Positions 10,328 through 18,937 of a DNA stretch of 64,000 nt are shown in pieces. Made by a program: the position numbers and the translations under genes. The stretch is from Bacillota bacterium (GTDB lineage Bacteria; Bacillota; Clostridia; Saccharofermentanales; DTU023). How positions within the stretch are numbered: the first letter of the stretch is position 1; each line of letters opens with the position of its first letter. Below the pieces are notes generated by a model that saw only the letters and a list, made by a program, of their open reading frames with translations, was not told the origin of the DNA and searched no databases. Location: the NCBI GenBank assembly GCA_023426575.1, contig JAFAAL010000014.1, forward strand, positions 21,524 to 85,523, given 5' to 3'.

Positions 10328-11484
10328 CGTCTCTCACCCCGGCTGATGATCAGGCTCATGGCCTCATCAAGACGCCTTCCCTCGGCCTGCTCAGCTCCTT
10401 GACGCCGCTCTGTCACCACTTCTCTCAGAACATCTATAAAGGGATTCCTGCCTCTGTCGAGAGATCCCCTAAGGCGCAGTTCATCGACGAGAGTCAGGGC
10501 GAGCCCCTCGCTCTGGAGATCTTTTGCCACAAGGTCAAGAGGTAGAGGCTCCGACGAGACACCTTGCACGCGCAAGTGGATGATGTCGCGCTCCAGCTTG
10601 AGGCCCTCGACGCCTCGTAAGAGATTTAAGAGCAGCTCTGCCAATTTTTGCGGTGACGTAGACAAGTCCGCGAGATCTTGATCCGCAATCTCGCCCAAGT
10701 CGAGGTCTAGAGAGTGGATTGTCAAAGTCTCAAAGGCTTGAAAATCAATGGATTTCACCTGTCTCAGTACCTGATCATAGACAATGCGATAGCTGCCCCG
10801 CGGGCCCACTTCCGTCTGGTCACAGGCCGTTGCAGAGCCGGCATAGATGGCCGGACAGCGCCGAGGACCCAGCTCTTCGACCGAGCGCTGATGGATGTGT
10901 CCGAGGAGGATGAGATCCAGGTTCTGTGTCCTGAGCCAATCACGACTCAGAGGCTGATAGTTGCTCCCCTGGCCACGGTCAAGAACTTCAGCATGAGCCA
11001 GAAGTATTTGTGTCGCCGCGGACGAGGTCTCTAGGGTGTCGGCATAGAGAGATTCCGGCGCAAGTCGTGTGAGATAGGGCTCAGCAAAGAGTCTGACGCC
11101 TATATCTGGCAAGTCGTAATAGGCTTGCTGACCCCTGACCAGCAGGACGTGAGCTGGCAGTTGAGGCTCAAGCTCTGCCCAGATTCCCCCTTGAAAATAA
11201 GGATCGTGGTTTCCCGGCAGGATGACGATATGCCGTGCTTGGAAACGCCCTAGGAGACGGAGAAAAAGAGCCGGGTCGGAGTGTTCCGCCCGGCTATTTT
11301 GAAAAGTATCACCCGCAAAAGTGAGGAGGTCAGCTGGCTGCTTGGCGAGTTGCTCTCGCAAGGCGATGAGATTGTTCATCCCCTGCTCTTGCAAGCGCTG
11401 ACGCCAGATCGTCGGCTGATTGCGGAATAAATTGCCGAGGTGCCAATCAGCAGTATGGACGATCTGCAGTTCACCGTCACGCAT
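10324..11484 (-). CDS. SbcD/YhaO-like metallophosphoesterase (DNA-repair exonuclease family)
   Basis: Calcineurin-like phosphoesterase motifs: HTADWHLG, AGDTF, LPGNHD, LLGHIH. Paired with the SbcC-like ATPase. Confidence 0.8.
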   Translation of the reverse strand: MRDGELQIVHTADWHLGNLFRNQPTIWRQRLQEQGMNNLIALREQLAKQPADLLTFAGDTFQNSRAEHSDPALFLRLLGRFQARHIVILPGNHDPYFQGGIWAELEPQLPAHVLLVRGQQAYYDLPDIGVRLFAEPYLTRLAPESLYADTLETSSAATQILLAHAEVLDRGQGSNYQPLSRDWLRTQNLDLILLGHIHQRSVEELGPRRCPAIYAGSATACDQTEVGPRGSYRIVYDQVLRQVKSIDFQAFETLTIHSLDLDLGEIADQDLADLSTSPQKLAELLLNLLRGVEGLKLERDIIHLRVQGVSSEPLPLDLVAKDLQSEGLALTLVDELRLRGSLDRGRNPFIDVLREVVTERRQGAEQAEGRRLDEAMSLIISRGERR

Positions 11485-12902
11485 TAGGCATCTTTAGCTT
11501 GGATGTAGGCATCAATAGAGGCCGCAGCTGTCTTGCCCGCGCCCATGGCCAAAATGACCGTCGCAGCACCTGTGACGGCGTCGCCGCCCGCATAGACTCC
11601 CTCTTTAGAAGTCGCAAGGCTCTCCTCGTCGACAATGATGCCACCCCAAGACTCGCAGTTGAGATCTGGCGTGGTCTCACGCAGCAGTGGGTTCGGCGAC
11701 TGGCCGATGGCAATGATCACTGATTCGAGATCGATGACGTGCTCTGAGCCAGGAATGGGCTGTGGACGGCGACGGCCTGAGGCGTCGGGCTCGCCGAGCT
11801 CCATCTTGATCAGCTCGATCCCCTTGACCCAACCTCTCCCATCGTCGAGGATGCGCACCGGATTGTTGAGGAGCATGAACTCGATGCCCTCCTCCTTGGC
11901 GTGGTGCACTTCTTCGACACGGGCGGGCAGTTCCTCTTCTGAGCGGCGGTAGATGATATAGACGTGCTCTGCGCCGAGTCGCTTTGCAGAACGCGCAGCG
12001 TCCATCGCGACGTTACCACCGCCGATGACGGCCACGCGCTTGCCGATATTGATCGGCGTTTTGGCATTGGGCCAGTCGTAGGCACGCATGAGATTGATAC
12101 GGGTGAGGAATTCATTGGCCGAATAGACCTCGTTGAGGTTCTCCCCTTCAATTTTCATAAAGGACGGGAGACCCGCTCCGCTGCCGATGAAGACAGCCTC
12201 ATAGTTCTCATCGACCAAGAGCTCATCGAGTGACTGGATGCGGCCGATGACCATGTTCGTCTTGATCTTGACTCCGAGGTCACGGAGTTTTTGAATTTCA
12301 CTCTGGACGAGCTTCTTGGGCAGACGAAACTCTGGGATGCCGTACATCAAGACGCCGCCGGGGACGTGAAAGGCCTCATAGATGGTCACATCGTAGCCGA
12401 GCTTGGCGAGATCCGCCGCACAGGTGAGGCCTGCAGGACCAGAGCCGACCACGGCGACGCGGTGGCCATTTGGCTCCGCCTTCTCGACGAGATCCTCACC
12501 ATGCTCCATGTGCCAATCGGCCACAAAGCGCTCGAGGCGTCCAATGGCAACGGGTTCCCCCTTGATGCCGCGGACGCAACGCTCCTCGCACTGTGTCTCC
12601 TGCGGACAGACGCGACCACAGACAGCGGGGAGATTGTTGGTCGAGGTGATGACCTCATAGGCCTCTTCGAATTTTCCCTCGGCGACCTTGGCAATAAATT
12701 CGGGAATCCGGACATTGACAGGGCAACCGCCTACGCAGGGCTTGTGCTTACATTGGAGACAGCGCTGTGCCTCTTCAATGGCCATCTCAGGGGTATAGCC
12801 CGTTGAGACTTCGAGGAAGTTCTTGTTGCGGACGTTCGGGTCCTGCTCGGGCATCGGAACCTTCTCGAGGCTCATATTGCGCTTGATCTTTGCGTCAGCC
12901 AT
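11484..12902 (-). CDS. nfnB: NfnB-type / GltD-like NADPH-dependent FAD/[4Fe-4S] oxidoreductase, large subunit
   Basis: Two N-terminal Cys clusters (CLQCKHKPCVGGCP, CGRVCPQETQCEERC) and two dinucleotide folds (VAVVGSGPAGL, VAVIGGGNVAMD). ATG at 12902 forms TAATG with the nfnA stop. Confidence 0.8.
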   Translation of the reverse strand: MADAKIKRNMSLEKVPMPEQDPNVRNKNFLEVSTGYTPEMAIEEAQRCLQCKHKPCVGGCPVNVRIPEFIAKVAEGKFEEAYEVITSTNNLPAVCGRVCPQETQCEERCVRGIKGEPVAIGRLERFVADWHMEHGEDLVEKAEPNGHRVAVVGSGPAGLTCAADLAKLGYDVTIYEAFHVPGGVLMYGIPEFRLPKKLVQSEIQKLRDLGVKIKTNMVIGRIQSLDELLVDENYEAVFIGSGAGLPSFMKIEGENLNEVYSANEFLTRINLMRAYDWPNAKTPINIGKRVAVIGGGNVAMDAARSAKRLGAEHVYIIYRRSEEELPARVEEVHHAKEEGIEFMLLNNPVRILDDGRGWVKGIELIKMELGEPDASGRRRPQPIPGSEHVIDLESVIIAIGQSPNPLLRETTPDLNCESWGGIIVDEESLATSKEGVYAGGDAVTGAATVILAMGAGKTAAASIDAYIQAKDA

Positions 12903-13750
12903 TATCTCTTCCCTCCCGTCAGACGGCAAATATGACTCTCCTTGGCCTCCTGCTCTTGCTTCTTAAAGAGGCCCGAGCGGCGGATTGCCTCTTCAAAATC
13001 GACCTGGTGGCCATCAAAATCTGGGCCGTCGACGCAGGCGAACTTGGTCTCACCACCCACAGTGACGCGGCAGCCCCCACACATACCGGTTCCGTCAATC
13101 ATAATCGTATTCATCGAGACCAGCGTGGGAATGTCATAGGGGCGCGTCAAGTCGGCGACTGCCCGCATCATGACGAGCGGGCCAACGGCGATGACCAGAT
13201 CATAGCGCTCACCCGCCTCCAGAAGTTCTTGGAGAACGTTGGTGACGAATCCCTTGCGCCCATTGCTGCCATCATCCGTGATGATGAAGAGGCGATCGGA
13301 ATTGGCCCGCATTTCCTCTTCGAGGATGATGATATCCTTATTTCTAAAGCCCACAATCATATCGACCTTGGCTCCTATCTTATGGAGATAGGTCGCCTGA
13401 GGATAGGCAATAGCCGCCCCGAGACCACCACCGATCACGGCCACGCGCTTGCCAGCGTAGGCATCGAGATGACTCGGTTTACCGAGCGGGCCGACGAAGT
13501 CGAGAATCTCATCACCGACCTCGAGCTCGCCAAGTTTCAGCGTACCCTCACCGACCATCTGGAAGATGATCTTGACAGCATTGCGACTCTCGTCGGTCCC
13601 TGCGATGGTCAGCGGAATTCTCTCACTGTCGTCATCGACGCGGAAGATGATGAATTGCCCTGGCTTAGCTTTCTTGGCAATCAATTTGGATTCGATTTCC
13701 ATCTCGCACGTCTCATCATTCAGACGGCGCTTACTTAGAATTCTATACAA
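12902..13750 (-). CDS. nfnA: NfnA-type (PyrK-like) FAD/NAD-binding [2Fe-2S] subunit
   Basis: 282 aa with a ferredoxin-reductase fold (PGQFIIFRV, VAVIGGGLG) and a C-terminal GMCGGCRV...CVDGP cluster. TTG start 6 nt after GGAGGAG. Adjacent to nfnB. Confidence 0.8.
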   Translation of the reverse strand: MYRILSKRRLNDETCEMEIESKLIAKKAKPGQFIIFRVDDDSERIPLTIAGTDESRNAVKIIFQMVGEGTLKLGELEVGDEILDFVGPLGKPSHLDAYAGKRVAVIGGGLGAAIAYPQATYLHKIGAKVDMIVGFRNKDIIILEEEMRANSDRLFIITDDGSNGRKGFVTNVLQELLEAGERYDLVIAVGPLVMMRAVADLTRPYDIPTLVSMNTIMIDGTGMCGGCRVTVGGETKFACVDGPDFDGHQVDFEEAIRRSGLFKKQEQEAKESHICRLTGGKR

Positions 13751-13794
13751 GCTAAACTCCTCCTTACTTCTGTAGGCTTATATAAGCAAAGATT

Positions 13795-13803
13795 ATTTTA
13801 CCA
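13795..13803 (-). promoter_or_regulatory. candidate extended -10 promoter for nfnA
   Basis: Minus-strand TGgTAAAAT, ~45 nt upstream of the nfnA start. No clear -35. Confidence 0.3.
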
Positions 13804-13806
13804 CAG

Positions 13807-15300
13807 TTAGCGAAAGGATAGCTCAGAAAGCTGGGGCATTCCGTTTGCCGGAAGCGTGTATCCCTCGACAGTGGCCTGGACCAGATTGGCCCAAGTCAGT
13901 TTCAGAACGGGAATCATGAGCAGATTTTCTAAGCAGCTCTCAAGATCACTGGGATAGATCCCCATCGGCTGGGGATCATCGAGGCCAAAGCGCGCTTCTA
14001 GATCTCGCTGAAACCAAAAGAGATCTCGCTGATCGCTGCTTCCATAGATAATCTCATGGTAAATCAGATCTGGCCGGCTCTCTGCGGGAAGCTGTCCGGC
14101 TTGGAAGACTCTGACCTTCAGCTTATAGAGATCCAACCACTGCTTGGCCTCCGCAATCATCTCGCGGTAACTGAGATACTTTCCCTCGACCAACACCGTC
14201 AGTGGTTCTGCCAGCTCCTTCTCGTACTTCTCGCGGAGAGGAGCAAAGGCAGCCATTAATTCTTGTCTCTTCTGAGAATCAGGGGCCTGCTGCGCTAGGA
14301 CTGCCGTCGACTGATCATAGCGAATCGCCCTAGAGAGAAACGGAATATCCAAGGCCTCATAGAGCAGATGCCGCGACTTTTTATCTTGAGTAAAGGGCGA
14401 ATGGGGATTCAAGCTCATGACAGAGACTGCTGAGAGCGGAAATTGAACTGCGTCAGGGCGTCTGCTTGCGCTTTCACGACGCGCATAGGGAATATCGAGA
14501 AAGGGCAGCCCAATGATATCTTGTTCTCCCCGTATATAGCTCTCATAGGCCATAATGTCATCATCAAAATAATTGAAGTGAATCGTCTCAATCCCGCCCG
14601 GGCTTGACTGCCAGTAGTACTCTTGCGCTTTTAATTCCAGCCGCTGATCATCGCTAGAACTCAAGACAAAGGCCCCATTGTAGAGGGCATTGCCCTCTTG
14701 GCTTTTGGCAGGTAAAAAGAAGTCTTGGCTGAGCCATTCAGCAAAATTCGCATAGGCTTGATTGAGCCTGATGACAATATCATCGCCTTCGATGCGAATG
14801 CCAATGTCCTCAACTCGACCCCCAGCCCGATGGTAGGCCTCCGCCCCCTCGATCATATAGGCTTGAAAAGCTGTTGGACAGTTCTTCTCTGGATCTAAGC
14901 GTTCGAGCCAGGTCTCAGTAAAATCTGAGGCTGTGACGGGACTTCCATCCGACCAGCGGCCGAGCTTGTTCAGGCGGATCGTCCAGACTGTCTTATCTGC
15001 ATTGGCCTCGATGGCATCCGCCAGCAGGTAGCGCAGCTGACCGTGGGCGCTGAGAGATGTCAACCCCTCGTAGAGCTGATGACCGATGGCTCGCAGAGCA
15101 TAAGATTGATTCTGGGCAGGCTCAAGACTTCTAAATTCTTCTCTCAAGATGGGAATTTCGAGCGACTGCCGCCGGCTGTGAATCCTTTGCCCCGCCTGGT
15201 CAAATTGAAGTGCCTTCTCCTCCTCGCTGATTTTGGCGCAAGCTGAAGAAAGCGTCAGCATAGAGATGAGGGCGAGGGCAAGGGCTATCAGACGGCGCAC
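13807..15300 (-). CDS. family-5 (OppA/DppA-like) extracellular solute-binding lipoprotein
   Basis: Signal peptide with lipobox-like LSSAC. The body resembles SBP_bac_5 (WSDGSPVTASDF, LNPHSPF). GTG start after AGGAGA; 13-nt overlap with the upstream ATPase gene. Confidence 0.7.
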   Translation of the reverse strand: MRRLIALALALISMLTLSSACAKISEEEKALQFDQAGQRIHSRRQSLEIPILREEFRSLEPAQNQSYALRAIGHQLYEGLTSLSAHGQLRYLLADAIEANADKTVWTIRLNKLGRWSDGSPVTASDFTETWLERLDPEKNCPTAFQAYMIEGAEAYHRAGGRVEDIGIRIEGDDIVIRLNQAYANFAEWLSQDFFLPAKSQEGNALYNGAFVLSSSDDQRLELKAQEYYWQSSPGGIETIHFNYFDDDIMAYESYIRGEQDIIGLPFLDIPYARRESASRRPDAVQFPLSAVSVMSLNPHSPFTQDKKSRHLLYEALDIPFLSRAIRYDQSTAVLAQQAPDSQKRQELMAAFAPLREKYEKELAEPLTVLVEGKYLSYREMIAEAKQWLDLYKLKVRVFQAGQLPAESRPDLIYHEIIYGSSDQRDLFWFQRDLEARFGLDDPQPMGIYPSDLESCLENLLMIPVLKLTWANLVQATVEGYTLPANGMPQLSELSFR

Positions 15301-15989
15301 GATCTATTCTCCTGGCCGATATGCTGCCCCTCCAGTAGATGACCGTCCTGCATTGTGTAGACGCCCTGCCCGTATTTCAAGCTCTCAAGTTCATGGGTGA
15401 CGAGGATTAATGTCATCCCCTCCTTCTGAAGAGATTGGAAGAGTTTCATGATCTCCTCGCTCGTCTCGAGGTCCAGGTCTGCCGTCGGCTCATCGGCGAG
15501 AAGGAGGCGCGGAGAAGTCATGAGTGCTCTGGCTATCTGCACACGGCGCAGTTCACCGCCTGATAATTCATCAGGGTAAGCTGTGGCGAGATCGCGAATT
15601 CCGAGCTGCTCCAGCCGATGATAGGCACGGCCCTCGCGGTCGCCATCGCGCTGATAGAGATCGTGGGGCAGGATGATGTTGTCGAGGACATCCAGAGTGG
15701 GGAGCAGCACCGTGCGCTGAGGGACATAGGCGATCTCTTCATTTCTCAATCTGGCATAGTCCTCGCTTGAGAGCTCTGAGATCAAGCGATCGTCGAAGTA
15801 AATCTCGCCCTGATCAGGCCTCAAGAGACCTGTGATCAGATTGAGAACGGTCGTCTTCCCGCTCCCTGAGCGTCCGATAATTTGAATGAAGCTATGCTCT
15901 GGCACAGAGAGGGAGACATTGTCGACCGCCGCGAGAGATCTGCCGCCCCGTTGAAAGGTCTTGCTGATGTTTTTGATGTCAAGAATCAT
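15288..15989 (-). CDS. ABC transporter ATP-binding protein (MacB/LolD subfamily)
   Basis: Walker A GRSGSGKTT, signature LSGGELRR, Walker B LLLADEPT. ATG at 15989 follows GGAG, which overlaps the permease stop. Confidence 0.9.
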   Translation of the reverse strand: MILDIKNISKTFQRGGRSLAAVDNVSLSVPEHSFIQIIGRSGSGKTTVLNLITGLLRPDQGEIYFDDRLISELSSEDYARLRNEEIAYVPQRTVLLPTLDVLDNIILPHDLYQRDGDREGRAYHRLEQLGIRDLATAYPDELSGGELRRVQIARALMTSPRLLLADEPTADLDLETSEEIMKLFQSLQKEGMTLILVTHELESLKYGQGVYTMQDGHLLEGQHIGQENRSCAV

Positions 15990-15999
15990 CTGAAAACTC

Positions 16000-17199
16000 C
16001 TAAGGCTGTAGATATGTTCTGAGCTCCCTCTTTTCAAAGCGACGGACTGCGAGGACTGCCGCGAGCAAGGAGACGATCAGGAGAGCCAGAAAGGTCAGTC
16101 CTACAAAGAGAAGTGATGTCTTAAGCCCCACACTCTTATAGGGGATACTGAGATTTTGGCTGAGGCGAGGAATGACAGCGAGGCTGAGAATTGCCCCGAT
16201 CATGAGTCCGATGATGCTTCCATAGACTGAAACGGCAGCTGCCTCATGGAGAAATGTCTGGCGGATAAAACTCTTTTTGGCGCCGAGAACGCGTAGTGTC
16301 GCCATCTCGGGCAGACGCTCATTCATGATGCTGCTATAGCTCAAGAGCAAGACGACAAAGGCAATGAGCCAGATCGATCCGAGGAGGAAGATGATATATC
16401 TCCCGAGGACTGCGATATTCGTCGAGACGGTATTGATGATCCTCTTCCCCGCCATCGCAAAGATCCCTCGCTCTGAGAAGCGCTCAGTGATCAAGCCGGC
16501 CAGTTTACTGGCGTCGATGCCTGGCTTGGCCTTGATCATGATGCAGCTGATGTCATTGCCCTCCGCCGCCTGATTTTTGCCGAGGCGCTCGGAGGCGCGC
16601 GCGAGATCAATGGCCGTCTTCATATTGACGAAGACCGTCGCATCAAAACCCATGCCCGTCTTCTCGAGACGGCCCGCTATCTTGAGGCGCTTATCGAAGA
16701 AAAAGACCTCCTCCCCGGCCTCGCCGACGATGTGGCCGCCGACCATGGCCTCACCATCGCGCAGGCTTCTCTTAAGATTTGAGACGAGCCAGGGCTCGAT
16801 CAAGAAGTCACTCTCCTCATCGATGCCGATAATCTGGACAGGATAAGAGCAGCAGGAGGCCGAGAGCGTGGCGACATAGAGCTGCGGCGTATACGCGGCA
16901 ATCCCCGGCACTGTCTGAAGCTCGTCGACGAGATTTTTGGGCAGGTAGAAGCTACTTGGTTCCCCTTTGAGGATGATGCTTTCAAGATCTGCCCGATATC
17001 CCTGGGGTACGACGATCACATCGGCCCCGAGACGCTCTGAGAGGGCCTCGAGACCATTACCGAGGCTCTGATTGAGTGTGGAGGCAAAGAAGAGCAGTGC
17101 GGACAGGGCCGCCGCCAAGAAGATCAGGGCAAAACTGCGGCCAGGCTTCCGCCTGAGATTAGCTGCCGCAAGTGCTCTGGCCGTTAATTTCTTTCTCAT
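16000..17199 (-). CDS. MacB-type ABC permease (FtsX domain with a large extracytoplasmic domain)
   Basis: One N-terminal TM, a ~230-aa external domain, then three C-terminal TMs with an FtsX-like loop (MATLRVLGAKKSFI). Confidence 0.85.
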   Translation of the reverse strand: MRKKLTARALAAANLRRKPGRSFALIFLAAALSALLFFASTLNQSLGNGLEALSERLGADVIVVPQGYRADLESIILKGEPSSFYLPKNLVDELQTVPGIAAYTPQLYVATLSASCCSYPVQIIGIDEESDFLIEPWLVSNLKRSLRDGEAMVGGHIVGEAGEEVFFFDKRLKIAGRLEKTGMGFDATVFVNMKTAIDLARASERLGKNQAAEGNDISCIMIKAKPGIDASKLAGLITERFSERGIFAMAGKRIINTVSTNIAVLGRYIIFLLGSIWLIAFVVLLLSYSSIMNERLPEMATLRVLGAKKSFIRQTFLHEAAAVSVYGSIIGLMIGAILSLAVIPRLSQNLSIPYKSVGLKTSLLFVGLTFLALLIVSLLAAVLAVRRFEKRELRTYLQP

Positions 17200-17207
17200 G
17201 GCAAGAC

Positions 17208-17654
17208 CTATCGCTCAGGCTTGGCAATAAATAGCAGAGCCAAGTCGATGAAAGAGCTCAAGAGGCCGAGACCTGCGAGCCACTTGATATAGTAAAAACT
17301 CTTGAGACAAGGCATGCCCTGGTGATGGCAGAGGCCAAATTGGGGGAGTCCTGGCAATTTCAAGGGGATGGTTCCCGTCGGCACAAAAAGAATCAGAATC
17401 AGTGCGACAATGGCGATCAGAATTGTCCCAAGCGTCAGGGCACGCCGTCTAATCAACGGGCGCAGCAGAGCTAAGACTGTGAGGACAATGCCGAGGACTG
17501 TGACGAGCCAGGCTGAGTAGTGACAGGGCATCGGCATACCGTTCGGCATAAGTTTCGTACAGACGGGTGAGAGCACAAAGGGCATCAACGCCAGCAAGAT
17601 CCCAATGAGCGCCTCGCCCCATTGGAGTTTTTTCATCTTTTGAAAATAAGTCAT
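17208..17654 (-). CDS. small 4-TM membrane protein with Cys/His/Met-rich loops (DUF4418-like by recollection)
   Basis: Hydrophobic 148-aa ORF with the motifs PVC, MPNGMPMPCHYS and GLCHHQGMPC. ATG at 17654 lies 5 nt after GAGAGG. Confidence 0.6.
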   Translation of the reverse strand: MTYFQKMKKLQWGEALIGILLALMPFVLSPVCTKLMPNGMPMPCHYSAWLVTVLGIVLTVLALLRPLIRRRALTLGTILIAIVALILILFVPTGTIPLKLPGLPQFGLCHHQGMPCLKSFYYIKWLAGLGLLSSFIDLALLFIAKPER

Positions 17655-17670
17655 AGACACCTCTCGAACA

Positions 17671-17718
17671 GAGCTGCTCCCCTTAACGCAATAGGGAGCA
17701 GCTCCGCCTTATTTTTTT
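17671..17718. other. strong intercistronic stem-loop
   Basis: gagctgctcccc (17671..17682) pairs with agggagcagctc (17693..17704), giving 11-12 bp. On the + strand it is followed by cgccTTATTTTTTT. On the operon (minus) strand no U-tract follows it. Confidence 0.5.
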
Positions 17719-17764
17719 CTCACCTTACATTTCCCAGGTCTAAGCCAGGGATATTTTGAAAATC

Positions 17765-18211
17765 TTATTTCTTAACCGCCTTGTCGAGGGCTTGCCATAC
17801 GGCTTCCTTGAAGCGGTTGTAAGACAGTGTGGCTCCCGAGATCGCATCGATCTTCTCAGGATCTTGTGCTGCGACGAGCAGCTCGGGATACTGGCGGATG
17901 CCAGCGACAGCCTTGGCGGCAGCGTCGTTGATCGCGGCGTATTCGTCACCTTTTTCATTTCCGTTTTCGTCGTACTCAGCTCCCGTACAAGCTGTAATCT
18001 TGCCATTTTCGATGGTGATTTCAACCTTGTACGTCGAGGGGTGCTCATCATCCTGATCGCTGTATTCCCCCGTGTAGACGCCGTCGACGAGCTCGAGTTT
18101 TGAGAACTCGCGCTGGGCGCTGGGGTTCTTCTTCCCACAGCCTGTACTGAGGCCGAGCAGGAAGAGGACGCTGAGGATGAGAGCTGTGAGCAGTTTAAAT
18201 GTTTTGTTCAT
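17765..18211 (-). CDS. FMN-binding-domain lipoprotein
   Basis: Signal peptide with LSTGC. C-terminal FMN_bind hallmark ...IDAISGATLSYNRFKEAV (the SGAT Thr is the flavinylation site in this family). Confidence 0.8.
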   Translation of the reverse strand: MNKTFKLLTALILSVLFLLGLSTGCGKKNPSAQREFSKLELVDGVYTGEYSDQDDEHPSTYKVEITIENGKITACTGAEYDENGNEKGDEYAAINDAAAKAVAGIRQYPELLVAAQDPEKIDAISGATLSYNRFKEAVWQALDKAVKK

Positions 18212-18220
18212 AATTCCTCC

Positions 18221-18928
18221 TTAGAACTCTGTCTTTTTTAAGACAATGATCTCCTTTATCTTACCGTAATCGAGGACAACTTTTCTATCGGCCTGCTCTC
18301 CGACCTCGGGATCATGAGTGACGACCATGATCGTCGCTCCCTCTCGGTGGAGATTTTTTAAGATCCCAATGACCATCTTCTCATTCTCTTCGTCGAGATT
18401 GCCAGTCGGCTCATCGGCGAGGATGAGCTCGGGGTTATTGATCAGAGCTCTTGCAATGCAGACACGCTGCTGCTCGCCTCCCGAGAGCTGGCTTGGCAGA
18501 TGCTTGGCCCGATCTTTGAGCCCCACTTTATCCAAGGCGGCCAGGGCCTCGGCCTCGTCGGGCATACTGTGGTAGTACTGGGCGACCATGACATTTTCTA
18601 GGGCCGTCAGGAAGGGAATCAGATGGAACTGTTGGAAAATCAGGCCGATTTTTTCACGTCGGATGGTCGTGAGGCTGCTCTGATTCTCACGTGTCAGATC
18701 CTGGCCATCGAGTAGGACCTTCCCCGTCGACGGCTTGTCCATGCAGCCGACGATGTTCATCAGAGTTGTCTTCCCTGAGCCCGAAGAGCCCATCACTGAG
18801 ATCCACTCATTCTTATAAACTTTGAGGTCGATGTCCTGTAGGGCATTGACGGTCTCATAGATCTTGGAGATTCCCTTGAGCTCTAAGAGAACTTCGCGCG
18901 CATCTTCTTCTAGCATTTCTCTGTCCAT
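18221..18928 (-). CDS. ABC transporter ATP-binding protein (MacB/LolD subfamily)
   Basis: Walker [10 protein letters not shown], signature LSGGEQQR, Walker [13 protein letters not shown]. Confidence 0.9.
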   Translation of the reverse strand: MDREMLEEDAREVLLELKGISKIYETVNALQDIDLKVYKNEWISVMGSSGSGKTTLMNIVGCMDKPSTGKVLLDGQDLTRENQSSLTTIRREKIGLIFQQFHLIPFLTALENVMVAQYYHSMPDEAEALAALDKVGLKDRAKHLPSQLSGGEQQRVCIARALINNPELILADEPTGNLDEENEKMVIGILKNLHREGATIMVVTHDPEVGEQADRKVVLDYGKIKEIIVLKKTEF

Positions 18929-18937
18929 GACTTTCTC

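Noticed and set aside
12890-13738. 282-aa + strand ORF, exactly the same length as nfnA on the opposite strand
   Set aside because: It is a mirror ORF fully antisense to a well-supported nfnA gene. The sequence is low-complexity, with no SD and no recognisable domain. Long antisense ORFs are expected with this codon bias.
17740-18138. 132-aa minus-strand ORF overlapping the FMN-binding lipoprotein gene in another frame
   Set aside because: The alternative frame (17765..18211) has a signal peptide, a lipobox, the SGAT FMN_bind motif and a strong SD. The 132-aa frame is Ser/Arg/Thr-rich junk.
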